64,000 nucleotides of DNA from Nemertoderma westbladi. Lineage: Eukaryota; Animalia; Xenacoelomorpha. Position 1 is the stretch's first letter; every line of letters starts with the position of its first letter. Under the pieces are notes generated by a model, which was given only the letters and a program-made list of their open reading frames with translations, was not told the origin of the DNA and did not search any database. The position numbers were made by a program, and so were the translations under genes. This document shows positions 62,490-64,000 of this stretch, one piece after another. The DNA lies in assembly GCA_032718475.1 (NCBI GenBank), contig JAUCBJ010009152.1, positions 8,542 to 72,541 of the forward strand, in the 5' to 3' direction.

Positions 62490-64000
62490 ACTGGTTCTAT
62501 CTTCTGTATGAAGGACTCCATATAGTACTGGTTCTATATTCTGTATGAAGGACTCCATATAGTACTGGTTCTATCTTCTGTATGAAGGACTCCATATAGT
62601 ACTGGTTCTATCTTCTGTATGAAGGACTCCATATAGTACTGGTTCTAACTGCTGTAAGATGGACTCCATAAGGACACCATATAGTACTGGTTCTAACTGC
62701 TGTATGATGGACTCCATATGGTACTGGTTCTATCTTCTGTATGAAGGACTCCATATAGTACTGGTTCTATCTTCTGTATGAAGGACTCCATATAGTACTG
62801 GTTCTAACTGCTGTATGATGGACTCCATATAGTACTGGTTCTAACTGCTGTATGATGGACTCCATATAGTGCTGGTTCTAACTGCTGTATGATGGACTCC
62901 ATATAGTACTGGTTCTAACTGCTGTATGATGGACTCCATATGGTACTGGTTCTAACTGCTGTATGATGGACTCCATATAGTACTGGTTCTAACTGTTGTA
63001 TGATGGACTCCATATGAGTACTGGTTCTAACTGCTGTATGATGGACTCCATATAGTACTGGTTCTAACTGCTGTATGATGGACTCCATATATGAGTACTG
63101 GTTCTAACTGCTGTATGATGACTGGACTCCATATAGTACTGGTTCTAACTGCTGATTTATGGACTCCGTATAGTACTGGTTCTAACTGCTGTGTGATGGA
63201 CTCCATATAGTACTGGTTCTAACTGCTGTATGATGGACTCCATATATTACTGGTTCTAACTGCTGTATGATGGACTCCATATGGTACTGGATCTATCTTC
63301 TATATGAAGGACTCCATATAGTACTGGTTCTAACTGCTGTATGAAGGACTCCATATAGTACTGGTTCTAACTGCTATATGATGGACTCCATATGGTACTG
63401 GTTCTATCTTCTGTATGAATGACTCCATATAGTACTGGTTCTATCTTCTGTATGAAGGACTCCATATAGTACTGGTTCTAACTGCTGTATGATGGACTCC
63501 ATATAGTACTGGTTCTAACTGCTGTATGATGGACTCCATATAGTACTGGTTGTAACTGCTGTGTGATGGACTCCATATAGTACTGGTTCTAACTGCTGTA
63601 TGATGGACTCCATATGGTACTGGTTCTATCTTCTGTATGAAGGACTCCATATAGTACTGGATCTAACTGCTGTATGATGGACTCCATATAGTACTGGTTC
63701 TAACTGCTGTATGATGGACTCCATATAGTACTGGTTCTAACTGCTGTATGATGGACTCCATATAGTACTGGTTCTATCTTCTATATGAAGGACTCCATAT
63801 AGTACTGTTTCTACTGCTGTATGATGGACTCCATATAGTACTAGTTCTATCTTCTGTATGAAGGACTCCATATAGTACTGGTTCTAACTGCTGTATGATG
63901 GACTCCATATAGTACTGGTTCTATCTTCTATATGAAGGACTCCATATAGTACTGGTTCTACTGCTGTATGATGGACTCCATATAGTACTAGTTCTATCTT
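62490..64000. repeat. 37-bp satellite subfamily block, runs off the window
   Basis: Tandem 37-bp monomers. Confidence 0.96.

Noticed and set aside
62489-62521. Satellite-derived ATG in frame with the CRE endonuclease as a new chimeric gene
   Set aside because: Every monomer contains this ATG, so an in-frame junction is likely by chance. There is no evidence of a promoter.
62141-62525. Plus-strand ORFs of 106 aa and 98 aa
   Set aside because: They are antisense shadows of the GC-rich CRE coding sequence.
29587-63650. Many minus-strand ORFs such as MESIIQQLEPVLLYGVHH...
   Set aside because: These are translations of the satellite that stay open by chance at indel or SNP variants.
29487-64000. 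CRISPR array interpretation of the palindromic 40/37-bp repeats
   Set aside because: The monomers are directly adjacent with no unique spacers and no cas genes; the context is eukaryotic.

Overview
Eukaryotic (probably invertebrate) heterochromatic DNA with no host genes. The backbone is a 40-bp tandem satellite (consensus GTTCTAACTGCTGTATGATGGACTCCATATAGGAGTACTG, with a 37-bp subfamily), and four unrelated elements sit inside it. (1) Head-to-tail arrays of a non-coding ~3014-bp unit (1-10587 and 11232-20275). Each unit carries a tRNA-like sequence, and all three array/satellite junctions fall at the same CT(A/C)G position of the monomer. (2) A 9019-bp Polinton/Maverick-like element (20468-29486) with AGTAGT...ACTACT termini, 339-bp TIRs with one mismatch and a 6-bp TSD (TCCATA). 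It encodes only an intact 1351-aa protein-primed PolB (zinc fingers, TP-like, vOTU-like, HNH insert) and a divergent TATA-binding-protein-like ORF, followed by seven tRNA T-arm/B-box-like repeats. No integrase, capsid, ATPase or protease gene is visible. (3) A decayed RTE-like LINE fragment (59696-61023). (4) A 5'-truncated CRE-clade retrotransposon with a poly(A) tail and a ~14-bp TSD (61641-62489). The minimal PolB+TBP Polinton and the satellite-phase-specific 3-kb element are the best candidates for undescribed systems. All assignments come from reading the sequence and motifs by eye; no searches were run.
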